IMG/VR virus record: IMGVR_UViG_3300043117_000361
DNA length: 20,000 nt
From: an uncultured virus (IMG/VR IMGVR_UViG_3300043117_000361)
Lineage: Duplodnaviria; Heunggongvirae; Uroviricota; Caudoviricetes
Reading direction: 5' to 3' (one strand)
Shown one piece after another: positions 6,357 to 13,906 of the stretch. Under the pieces are notes generated by a model that saw only the letters and a list, made by a program, of their open reading frames with translations, made no database searches and had not been told where the DNA came from. The translations under genes were made by a program, and so were the position numbers. The stretch's first letter is position 1; every line of letters begins with the position of its first letter.

Positions 6357-6507
6357 AAAATGCGAAGACTGCCTGCACTGGCGGGACGAGCTATGTCATT
6401 TTGCGTCTCCGTTTTTGGCACGTCGTGAAACGCAACGCAAACGCCCGATCAAGCCAAAAAGCCTGAACTGCGGTATTGAAGGAAAGAACTTTATCGCGAA
6501 CAACTAG
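6301..6507 (+). CDS. Small Cys-rich protein (CxDCxHW...C...CGxEGKNF)
   Basis: GGAG RBS; ATGA overlap. Confidence 0.75.
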   Translation: MSNTKRTAGHMSPELTCYPKCEDCLHWRDELCHFASPFLARRETQRKRPIKPKSLNCGIEGKNFIANN

Positions 6508-6553
6508 CTCAAGCGCGTAGCGAAGCGGAGTCGCTTGCTGCGCCTTGTTGGAG
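6495..6553 (-). repeat. attC site (family C)
   Basis: Near-identical to 3678-3734. Confidence 0.8.
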
Positions 6554-6566
6554 GCGTATATTGACA

Positions 6567-6707
6567 ACTTTGAGACAGGGATCGGGTCGCAGGTTCGAGT
6601 CCTGCCGGACAAGGGCAACGGGACGCCGTTCGCAGCTTTGCCACTGCGTGTGCGCACACGATTGACCGATGCCGGGCGGCATGACTCGTCCCTTTGTCTC
6701 TGAAAGT
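6567..6707 (+). ncRNA. Putative structured RNA with a T-loop hairpin
   Basis: Closing stem ACTTTGAGACAGGGATCGGGTC / GACTCGTCCCTTTGTCTCTGAAAGT; GCAGG-TTCGAGT-CCTGC at 6589-6605. Confidence 0.45.
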
Positions 6708-6718
6708 GAGGTTTAGGA

Positions 6719-6991
6719 GTGAGTGAGCAAAGAAAGCGAATAAAGGCAACAGCCCAGCGCTTTGCCCGTCAGTCTCGGGCACTGTCCGCAATGCGGTCAA
6801 CCGGCTCAGACCTGCGGCAGTACCGCAATGAATCAGCGGCCTGGTATGTTTGGCATCCAACCGCATACCGTGTGCGATTGAAATTAACATGTCGAGACGT
6901 GTTGCTCATGGTAACTGATGGCAGGCTATGCGCTCCGCAGCAAGATGAGTGTCGCGGGCATTATCTGCCCAACAGTGCGGTACATGTATAA
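6719..6991 (+). CDS. Hypothetical basic protein
   Basis: ORF track; start codon uncertain; ends in an attC half-site (PNSAVHV). Confidence 0.55.
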   Translation: MSEQRKRIKATAQRFARQSRALSAMRSTGSDLRQYRNESAAWYVWHPTAYRVRLKLTCRDVLLMVTDGRLCAPQQDECRGHYLPNSAVHV

Positions 6992-7031
6992 ACTGCGAAC
7001 GATAAGAAGAAAGAACAAAAGGAGAACAGTA

Positions 7032-7589
7032 ATGCAGAAGATTATCAGCTTGTTTCAGAGAAATTATGAGACGGATAGACTCGTGAGGGATGAAGTCGTA
7101 CCAGGTGCTGAATGGGTACTGAACGGTGAAGGCACCGCAACTCGGAAGTGGGACGGGATGTGCTGCATGGTGCGTAATGGACAACTGTTCAAGCGATATG
7201 AAGTGAAGCGAGGTAAGGCCTTTCCGCCTGACTTTGAGCCTGCTTGCGATATTGACCCGAATACGGGCAAGCAGCAGGGATGGCGTCCGGTTGGAGACGG
7301 GCCGGAAGACCGCTGGTTCCGTGAAGCGTTTACCGGGGAAGAACCGGACGGCACTTATGAACTGATTGGGCCAAAGGTGCAAGGCAACCCAGAAGGATTT
7401 AACTCGCATACGCTCGTTCCGCACGGTCAGCATCCCGTTGCCGCACCACGCACCTTCGACAAACTGCGGGAGTGGTTCAAGGGACCGGGGAGCGATATCG
7501 AGGGCGTGGTATGGTGGCACGACGATGGACGAAAGGTGAAGATCAAGGCCAAGGACTTCGGGATTCGCCGTGTTGCCAACCAGCGATAA
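7032..7589 (+). CDS. RNA ligase-like nucleotidyltransferase (DUF5565/RLIG1-like)
   Basis: Motif I TRKWDG, III TYELIG, IV EGVVW, V KIKAKDF; AAGGAG RBS. Confidence 0.8.
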   Translation: MQKIISLFQRNYETDRLVRDEVVPGAEWVLNGEGTATRKWDGMCCMVRNGQLFKRYEVKRGKAFPPDFEPACDIDPNTGKQQGWRPVGDGPEDRWFREAFTGEEPDGTYELIGPKVQGNPEGFNSHTLVPHGQHPVAAPRTFDKLREWFKGPGSDIEGVVWWHDDGRKVKIKAKDFGIRRVANQR

Positions 7590-7609
7590 TTAATAAAAAA
7601 GAGCGAAAA

Positions 7610-7906
7610 ATGAGCGAATATTGCAAAAACTGTAAAGAACTACAGGATAAAATAGATAACATTAGAACTATAGTTTCTAATAGAACCATGCTTGAGCAGC
7701 TGGATGCGTTCAAGTTGTACGACGCTTTTCTCACATTAATGTCCGGAATAAATATGTTTTCGGCAGATAATCTGAGGCGCGTTCGTGACGAGATAAAATA
7801 TGTGTCACAATATGAAAATGAGGATGAGCATCTTGTTTATATGGCACGCAGCATTATAGTCGCGCTGGAAACTGAAATAGGCTCACGGAAAGATTGTGGA
7901 AACTAG
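7610..7906 (+). CDS. Hypothetical protein (N-terminal CxxC)
   Basis: ATG 7610 in the track ORF frame; AT-rich. Confidence 0.65.
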   Translation: MSEYCKNCKELQDKIDNIRTIVSNRTMLEQLDAFKLYDAFLTLMSGINMFSADNLRRVRDEIKYVSQYENEDEHLVYMARSIIVALETEIGSRKDCGN

Positions 7907-7944
7907 TTAAAATAATCCATCTTTTTGGGCATGAAAGGAGAATG

Positions 7945-8736
7945 ATGATCTTTAACGGAAGCGACAAAATTAAGGATGACGAAGGCGACTACCTTGTGCT
8001 GGCTGACTATGGTTGCGAGGGGTTTTCGGTGGCTCATCAGGCGGGGACGCATGAAGATGCCCTGCGGTGGATGATGAGATGTGACTATGGATGCCCGCAA
8101 ACGCTGGTCAAACTGGTGCGAGTGGACACGCTGGATGTTGATCTGCTCGGCGCTACTGCTGAGCAGCAAGGCAGTGAGCATCCTGCTGATGGGCAAACCG
8201 AAGGGCGACATAATGCCACCGAACACGGCAATAAGCCTGCGGAGGTCTGGTCTTGCCCGTGGTGCGGGCACAATGAGACGTGGTTTGATAATACAATCTC
8301 ATGCCTGCCTGACGGGACAGGGACCGGAATGAAAACGCGATGCATCAAGTGTGGAAGGGCTATAGATGATTTGCCTCTTCCGAAAGTCTACGAGCTGATT
8401 GTTGTGAATGGTGATCAGATTTTATGCGAGAGATGTTATCGTGAGTTATTTAATGATCTTGATCCTGCTACGCATCTTTGTACGACTACTAAGCACGGAG
8501 AATGCAGCTCATGTGGGGCAAGTGTCACCAGCTCGATTAAAATAAAAAACAATGAAATAGAGCATATTACAGAAAAACAAGCAATCAAAGAGAACGCGAT
8601 CCGATTAGCTGACGACCACCGTAAGCACTGTGACGGATCCTGCTGTAATATCTTGTTATATCTATTGAAGCGGGTGCTTACCTTAGCTGGGATCACATTA
8701 AAGTATAAACAGGCTACCAAACAGTACGCATCTTGA
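7945..8736 (+). CDS. Mosaic hypothetical protein with several CxxC motifs
   Basis: AAGGAG RBS; composition shifts internally, suggesting fused modules. Confidence 0.6.
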   Translation: MIFNGSDKIKDDEGDYLVLADYGCEGFSVAHQAGTHEDALRWMMRCDYGCPQTLVKLVRVDTLDVDLLGATAEQQGSEHPADGQTEGRHNATEHGNKPAEVWSCPWCGHNETWFDNTISCLPDGTGTGMKTRCIKCGRAIDDLPLPKVYELIVVNGDQILCERCYRELFNDLDPATHLCTTTKHGECSSCGASVTSSIKIKNNEIEHITEKQAIKENAIRLADDHRKHCDGSCCNILLYLLKRVLTLAGITLKYKQATKQYAS

Positions 8737-8792
8737 ACGGTTTTAAGCGAGATGAAGTAAATTTTTGTTGGGCGCAAGCAGGAGGGAAAAAT

Positions 8793-8990
8793 GTGAAAAG
8801 ATATTGTCAAGTAACGGTAAGGCCATATAAAGTGCGCAAATATCCATTTAAGGCGAAAGAAATTGTCTTTACGGTTTGTCGAGCAAACGCAGTGCAAGCA
8901 GTCGAGATGCTGATGTGCTATATGGGATATGGGGCATCACAGTATCGGATCGTTTCGGCAGAGGATGTTTCTTCGTCAACAATAAGTTGA
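8793..8990 (+). CDS. Hypothetical protein
   Basis: GGAGG RBS before GTG 8793. Confidence 0.65.
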   Translation: MKRYCQVTVRPYKVRKYPFKAKEIVFTVCRANAVQAVEMLMCYMGYGASQYRIVSAEDVSSSTIS

Positions 8991-9009
8991 GCATTGAAAA
9001 AAGGAGCGG

Positions 9010-9312
9010 ATGACAATGAATAAACTCTACGATGTAATGATTGAATATCTTGGCAGAAAGGAGCAGGACAAGTTTCCTTTATCTACTATCTGTCTTGGGA
9101 GGGACGGGACGTTCCTCGTGATGGACTCGGAAGGAAAGGCTGTCCGTTTCGTCGCCAAAGACTGTAAGGTAGAAGAGATTGCCGCGCACGTAATTATCCT
9201 GCGAGGATATACTGATAAACCGGAGCATATTTCGGCTTATTGTACATATTCCAACGAGCACAGAACGTCAGTAAAGGAAAAAGATGAATTAGAAGTGCAA
9301 GCGATGCGATAA
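9010..9312 (+). CDS. Hypothetical protein
   Basis: AAGGAG RBS. Confidence 0.7.
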   Translation: MTMNKLYDVMIEYLGRKEQDKFPLSTICLGRDGTFLVMDSEGKAVRFVAKDCKVEEIAAHVIILRGYTDKPEHISAYCTYSNEHRTSVKEKDELEVQAMR

Positions 9313-9392
9313 CTATCGTCCGATGAGAACGAAGTACGCAGCGCATGAGGCTGTGTAAGGCCACAGAGGAAATGAATAAAAGGAGATGAACA

Positions 9393-9683
9393 ATGGCGAA
9401 CAATGAAATGACACCAGTATATAATGCGGAGAAGCAACGGACGTCGCAGGTAAACGAACAGATGGAATGGATCGAAAAAGCCATGAGCCAGGTGGACGGC
9501 AGCATGGGGCGGCTGGAGGATCGCCTTCACGCCGTGCTCCGCTAGGAGCCGCCGATCGACCATGGCACGTGCTCCGAGTGCCCGCAGCTCGTACCGCTTG
9601 CGGAGAGGCTCATGTCGTTTGCGGATAAGGTTGCCGCGACTGGCGACCGTGTGAACAATATGATTGATCGGCTGGAACTGTAG
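9393..9683 (+). pseudogene. Coiled-coil phage protein interrupted by an in-frame TAG at 9543-9545
   Basis: AAGGAG RBS; ...LEDRLHAVLR*EPPID...LVPLAERL...MIDRLEL reads as one coherent protein. Confidence 0.6.
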
Positions 9684-9766
9684 CCGCTTCAACGAAAAGA
9701 GTCACGGTTCCGAATAACAGGCAGAGAGATTATTTTTTTATGATAACTAGATGTGTTAGAACTATT

Positions 9767-10006
9767 ATGTGGCTGGGCAAAATAGAAACAATTACCTGTA
9801 ATGAACACTCTTTTGCATGGTCGGGACAAATTCCGTGTACAGGCATGCGAAGATGCATTTACTGCGGTGTTTATGAGCATGATCTTATAGAGCAAGCTAA
9901 AAACAGTAAACAGTCTCTCTATAGTCGTGTTATCGAGTTTTTTGTTGGTTTATTTAAAAAGAAAGGAAATCATGGAAACCGAAGAAGCGTTGGAAATAGT
10001 CTATAA
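9767..10006 (+). CDS. Small Cys/His-containing hypothetical protein
   Basis: C..H...PCTG.RRCIYCG motif; start uncertain. Confidence 0.6.
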   Translation: MWLGKIETITCNEHSFAWSGQIPCTGMRRCIYCGVYEHDLIEQAKNSKQSLYSRVIEFFVGLFKKKGNHGNRRSVGNSL

Positions 10007-10142
10007 TATGGCCAATAAACTGTATAATAGGTATTCGCACGAGACGGATGATCCGGATAAATCAAAGCAGGCCTTGGATATGGTGCATGATTTTGTGGTT
10101 AATGACTGCTGTTGCAGGCCCTGCTCAAAGGTAATAAAATGA
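9972..10142 (+). CDS. Hypothetical protein
   Basis: AAGGA RBS; ATGA overlap with the next gene. Confidence 0.7.
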   Translation: METEEALEIVYNMANKLYNRYSHETDDPDKSKQALDMVHDFVVNDCCCRPCSKVIK

Positions 10143-10375
10143 AAAAAGTAAAATTTACTGATACCAGAGTTAAAACAGGCGGGGTTATGAGGTGTTGTTT
10201 TGCCTCTATTAAAAAGGACTATGATGAGAATCATGCCAATAATGACGAAGTTAAGATAGGGGCTAATCTCAGATGTCGGTATTGTGATACAGCATTTACA
10301 CTTATAGATAGAGAGCCGAACCCTATATGGACACCCGATTGGCAGCTGGAAGATTCCGATACAGATCAGGAATAG
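10139..10375 (+). CDS. Hypothetical protein (GGxMRCC...CxxC)
   Basis: ATGA overlap; followed by a terminator. Confidence 0.7.
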   Translation: MKKVKFTDTRVKTGGVMRCCFASIKKDYDENHANNDEVKIGANLRCRYCDTAFTLIDREPNPIWTPDWQLEDSDTDQE

Positions 10376-10386
10376 TTTAATTGATC

Positions 10387-10421
10387 GCAGCGCCTTGCTT
10401 TATTGCGGGGCGCTGTACTTT
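10387..10421 (+). terminator. Probable intrinsic terminator
   Basis: GCAGCGCCTTGC-TTTATT-GCGGGGCGCTGT followed by ACTTT. Confidence 0.65.
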
Positions 10422-10551
10422 ATGGCCATTATTGCTGTTTTGTTTTTTTTTACCTATTTAAAGTTTTGATATGCATATCAAAGCCGAATAGGATCTGCAC
10501 TATGCCTATTTTTGGAATTCGGGGCCTATCAGAATGTGTTTTAATAAGGGT

Positions 10552-10581
10552 TTGACTGTACAAATACACATATGGTATAGT
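10552..10581 (+). promoter_or_regulatory. Sigma70-type promoter
   Basis: TTGACT - 18 nt - TATAGT with extended TGn, 46 nt before ATG 10628. Confidence 0.6.
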
Positions 10582-10627
10582 ATTAACAGTTGCAACATAT
10601 TAGAAGATTTTAAACAGGAATCAAGCT

Positions 10628-13069
10628 ATGCCTAGTGCTGATGAAGCTCAATTCGAGACCACTTTCTCTAATCTGGCCTATGTACATTTGCGGGACAGAG
10701 CCCCTAAACTTCTTGATTATCTTATTGGTTTTCAGTTGTTAGATAAAAATGAAGATGACACTAAAGCAGCGGGGGTATTTGGTATAAAGATTGAAAAAAC
10801 CTGGCTGTATGTAGTGTCCTTCTTTATCAGGGGAGAGCTTAAAGGCTGTGACAGTATCTATATTAAAAGCAAGAACACAGTAGTTCCCCTGGAGGAGAAT
10901 TGGGTAAACTATATTTTATCCCGCAAACCTTCGGTCATGGGAGGCCCAGACGAAACCACTATGAGCGACCTAGCCAAATATGAGCCGTCTTTTAATGAGT
11001 ATTTTGACAGTCCGTTCTCAAAAAACTCGTTTTGTGAATATGACGGTACAGATAATGTATACGGGAAATGCCTGATAGGCAGTAAATTTGACATAAGACC
11101 TTGTCTGCCATTATTTTATGCGTCTCCCAATTCTGAAATATATAAAAAATCCGCAGAAAGAACTAAATTGGCCTCTGTTGTCAGGGAATACGGCGAATTT
11201 CCTCTTAAAATAGTCGCAAACACCATACGTGAGAACAAAAAGTTTGCTGATTTGATGAAAGAGCACATACAGGCCGATGATTTGGTTTATGACGATGTAT
11301 CGTCTGAAAATAAGAAAGAACTGCGGCCGCCATCTGATGACGAGCTTAAAGAAAAGGACATAGACAGGGCTTTGTTTAACTATTATGTACGCAATATAGC
11401 TGCCAGGGGGTTCTACAGGGGAGCCCGTCCTGTAGGGGATGTCATAGACTTGCTCAAATCACGTGGAATAAACAATGCCAACGATCTGAGAAACAGATTG
11501 AGCATGATTACTGTGGCTCCTTTGAATCCGGCTTTAAGAAAAGTTTCCTCAAAAGACGACACGAACAGCAGGATAACGGTTGTTACAGACAGTAATGCCG
11601 ATCTGGTAAACAGGGATCTTACCAGAGAGCACAGAGAGGATCTGGTCAGAGAGGGTTTCACTTTTATAGACAAACGGGCATCTTCTAATGTGTCTACAGT
11701 TCTTCCAAGAAACGGATCCTCGGCAGTGGCCACTCCTACAGACACCGGATTTTATTCAGTGTTTGGCGATGATGGGGTTTTTCACGACTGTTTTATTATA
11801 AATGGTGGATTCGATTTTCACAGCGGTGCCACTGAAAATCTTTGTATTATAGATGTTAATACAAAAAAGGATATGATAGTGGATCAGGGTTCAGTTCTTG
11901 CAACACACGATTATCCGGATCTGTCTCTGAGCAAGGTATTTACAAAAGTTAAAAAAGAGAATATGGTTACGGGAAACGTTTATTTTTTTAAGAAAGGAAA
12001 CAAATTCAGTTTACCGTTTAACTATATAGGAAAAAAGAAGGGCAATATTGTAGCTGTTTTAAGATCCGGGTTAAATGTTTCTTATCCTGTAAGCGACAGT
12101 CCTCCCCACGAGCGTCTTCATATTAATACAGAGAAGCTTCCAGAGTCTTTAAAATATCTTAATCAACATGTGTTTATACCGGGAAAGACGGCGTCATTTG
12201 TAGTTAACTCCGCCGGATGTTTTATCCCTGATGATGTAGAAATATACAAAATTGCCAAGCCTTCTAAAGATGAAGTACTAAGCTGTGAAGGTGCCAGAGA
12301 CTGGTATCCGGGCGATATAGACTGTTTCGAGGCTCATCTGATAAAATCAGCAGGTCTGGTTCCTGTTACTGTCATGGCCGACTACAGGCAGTACAGGTTT
12401 CCCGACAGTCCTGACATATACGGTCGTAAAAGTATGGTCTCAGAGCTTATGACATCTTACGGACTCAGTAAAAATGCGGCTCTAAGTATACTTAATGAGG
12501 CCGATTCCAATAAATTTCATTCCGTGTTTGTTAAAACTGCTGTCCCATACGCTGATGCAGGTATTCCTATAGCACCTTCCACGAATATTCCTGTGTCGGC
12601 AGCTGATTCCATGGTAGGGGTCCCTCCCGGGGTTATGGGCGTGGGTCCATCCAGTAAGACTATGATGGTTCCAGGCCAGATGAAGGCTACCCCAAGCGAC
12701 TATAACGTGTTGGACGATAAGGACGTACAGACTATATTCCAGCTGGCTCAGACCGGTGAAAAAGAAGTTATGGATACCGGAATCATGGCCAGTCTTATTA
12801 AGACCATGGATATATCAAGCGCCATAAACAAATATATATCGGATCTCATGGTAGGCCTGGACAGGCTGGGCCGTATACTGATTATGTTTTATTGGCATAT
12901 AGATAAATTTGCGGAAACGTATGGTGAAGAGGAACTTACAGAGCTTGAAACCTCTATTAAAGACGGTTTTTCAAATCTTGGAAATCTTGTACTGTTTCTT
13001 AAAAAGAAGGAAATAGACAATGATTTTGACATTCTTGGAGGTTCATCAGGGCTGGAGGCAGATCTTTAA
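10628..13069 (+). CDS. Large phage protein, putative virion/head-associated
   Basis: 813-aa ORF, first gene of the protease operon, several K-x-A motifs; function inferred from context. Confidence 0.75.
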   Translation: MPSADEAQFETTFSNLAYVHLRDRAPKLLDYLIGFQLLDKNEDDTKAAGVFGIKIEKTWLYVVSFFIRGELKGCDSIYIKSKNTVVPLEENWVNYILSRKPSVMGGPDETTMSDLAKYEPSFNEYFDSPFSKNSFCEYDGTDNVYGKCLIGSKFDIRPCLPLFYASPNSEIYKKSAERTKLASVVREYGEFPLKIVANTIRENKKFADLMKEHIQADDLVYDDVSSENKKELRPPSDDELKEKDIDRALFNYYVRNIAARGFYRGARPVGDVIDLLKSRGINNANDLRNRLSMITVAPLNPALRKVSSKDDTNSRITVVTDSNADLVNRDLTREHREDLVREGFTFIDKRASSNVSTVLPRNGSSAVATPTDTGFYSVFGDDGVFHDCFIINGGFDFHSGATENLCIIDVNTKKDMIVDQGSVLATHDYPDLSLSKVFTKVKKENMVTGNVYFFKKGNKFSLPFNYIGKKKGNIVAVLRSGLNVSYPVSDSPPHERLHINTEKLPESLKYLNQHVFIPGKTASFVVNSAGCFIPDDVEIYKIAKPSKDEVLSCEGARDWYPGDIDCFEAHLIKSAGLVPVTVMADYRQYRFPDSPDIYGRKSMVSELMTSYGLSKNAALSILNEADSNKFHSVFVKTAVPYADAGIPIAPSTNIPVSAADSMVGVPPGVMGVGPSSKTMMVPGQMKATPSDYNVLDDKDVQTIFQLAQTGEKEVMDTGIMASLIKTMDISSAINKYISDLMVGLDRLGRILIMFYWHIDKFAETYGEEELTELETSIKDGFSNLGNLVLFLKKKEIDNDFDILGGSSGLEADL

Positions 13070-13893
13070 TGGCAAGAGAAAGAATACGCAGACGAGATAA
13101 AAATCCTTTAAGAGCTCCTGACTGGAGATGGGTTCTTGCTAAAAATGCCGCTAACGGCTATGTTAATTCCAGAGGTCTCGACCGGAGTACAGGAATGGCT
13201 TTTAAGTTTATACGCTTTTTAAAAGAGTATAAGGCCAAGGTGGAACAAGGGAACTACAAGCATATGGACAGTTCCTTTATTTTTACCAAATATCCGAGCA
13301 TGCACCAGGCATACACTCTGTTTACTGCGGATAACTATATGAAATGGGCCGTTGAAGCCTATATAATAGCCGGGGCTCCAAAAAAGACAATAGCGGAAAA
13401 GACCGGATGCGATGTTGCCGGTGTGTCTCTCTATGAGGATGTGTTCTATGATATACGTGACAGGCTTAAACACCCTCTCTATGTTATTCAGGAGGTTCTA
13501 ATGCCTGTTGCCGGTGATGATACCAGCAGAGGTGACTATAATTTCCTGTGGAAAACTGTAGCGTACTATTGTGATACAGCGGTTTTAGAGGAGTTTATAA
13601 GTAATGCACCTCTGTCTACAAAGGTTAAAGAGACAATATATGAGCTGTTTGAAGGTCAAATTACCCGTCAGGCTCTTCTTTCTGCCTTTACCCGGTTGCC
13701 GTCTAAGTATACGCATCATGATATAGTGGAAGAGTACGCTGTATTTACGGATAAAATGCGTAATAAAGAGGGTGCAGCTTCCGGAAGTGTGGATGAACAG
13801 GTTAAGAGTCTGGTGGATGGTATATCTTTGGGATTGGCACAGTTAGATAAAACTGGTAAACTAGGTAAAGTTGAGAAACAGGTTTCTTTATAA
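13069..13893 (+). CDS. Phage hypothetical protein
   Basis: 274 aa; TAATG overlap. Confidence 0.8.
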   Translation: MARERIRRRDKNPLRAPDWRWVLAKNAANGYVNSRGLDRSTGMAFKFIRFLKEYKAKVEQGNYKHMDSSFIFTKYPSMHQAYTLFTADNYMKWAVEAYIIAGAPKKTIAEKTGCDVAGVSLYEDVFYDIRDRLKHPLYVIQEVLMPVAGDDTSRGDYNFLWKTVAYYCDTAVLEEFISNAPLSTKVKETIYELFEGQITRQALLSAFTRLPSKYTHHDIVEEYAVFTDKMRNKEGAASGSVDEQVKSLVDGISLGLAQLDKTGKLGKVEKQVSL

Positions 13894-13906
13894 AAACAGG
13901 TTGATT

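Larger units (their letters stand above)
194..6553 (-). mobile_element. Array of integron-like gene cassettes (cluster of attC sites, no integrase in window), in a phage-like context; ORFs mostly antisense to attC
   Basis: About 22 imperfect palindromes of ~55-130 bp spaced ~90-500 bp apart, with R/L box spacing and an extrahelical base matching attC on the minus strand; typically one small ORF between sites. Confidence 0.88.

Noticed and set aside
194..6553. CRISPR array
   Set aside because: Repeats vary in sequence and length and are separated by gene-sized intervals, not 30-40 nt spacers.
194..6553. Repeats as simple terminators or REP elements
   Set aside because: No consistent U-tracts; conserved R/L box spacing, a one-sided extrahelical base and cross-cassette core complementarity fit attC.
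6561..6590. Sigma70 promoter from the perfect TTGACA
   Set aside because: No -10 element at 16-18 nt spacing.
5969..6605. Canonical tRNA genes
   Set aside because: T-arms are present but no D-arm/anticodon arm cloverleaf can be built.
196..7520. Minus-strand ORFs as the real, canonically oriented cassette genes
   Set aside because: Except 5103..5588, they lack evident RBSs, span several attCs and read as shadow frames, whereas + ORFs have RBSs, coupling and recognisable motifs.
9543..9545. Genome-wide TAG recoding
   Set aside because: Long genes are intact in the standard code and many genes end plausibly at TAG.
6554..10627. Integron integrase/attI at the expected side of the array
   Set aside because: No ORF with tyrosine recombinase R...HxxR...Y motifs or suitable size anywhere in the window.
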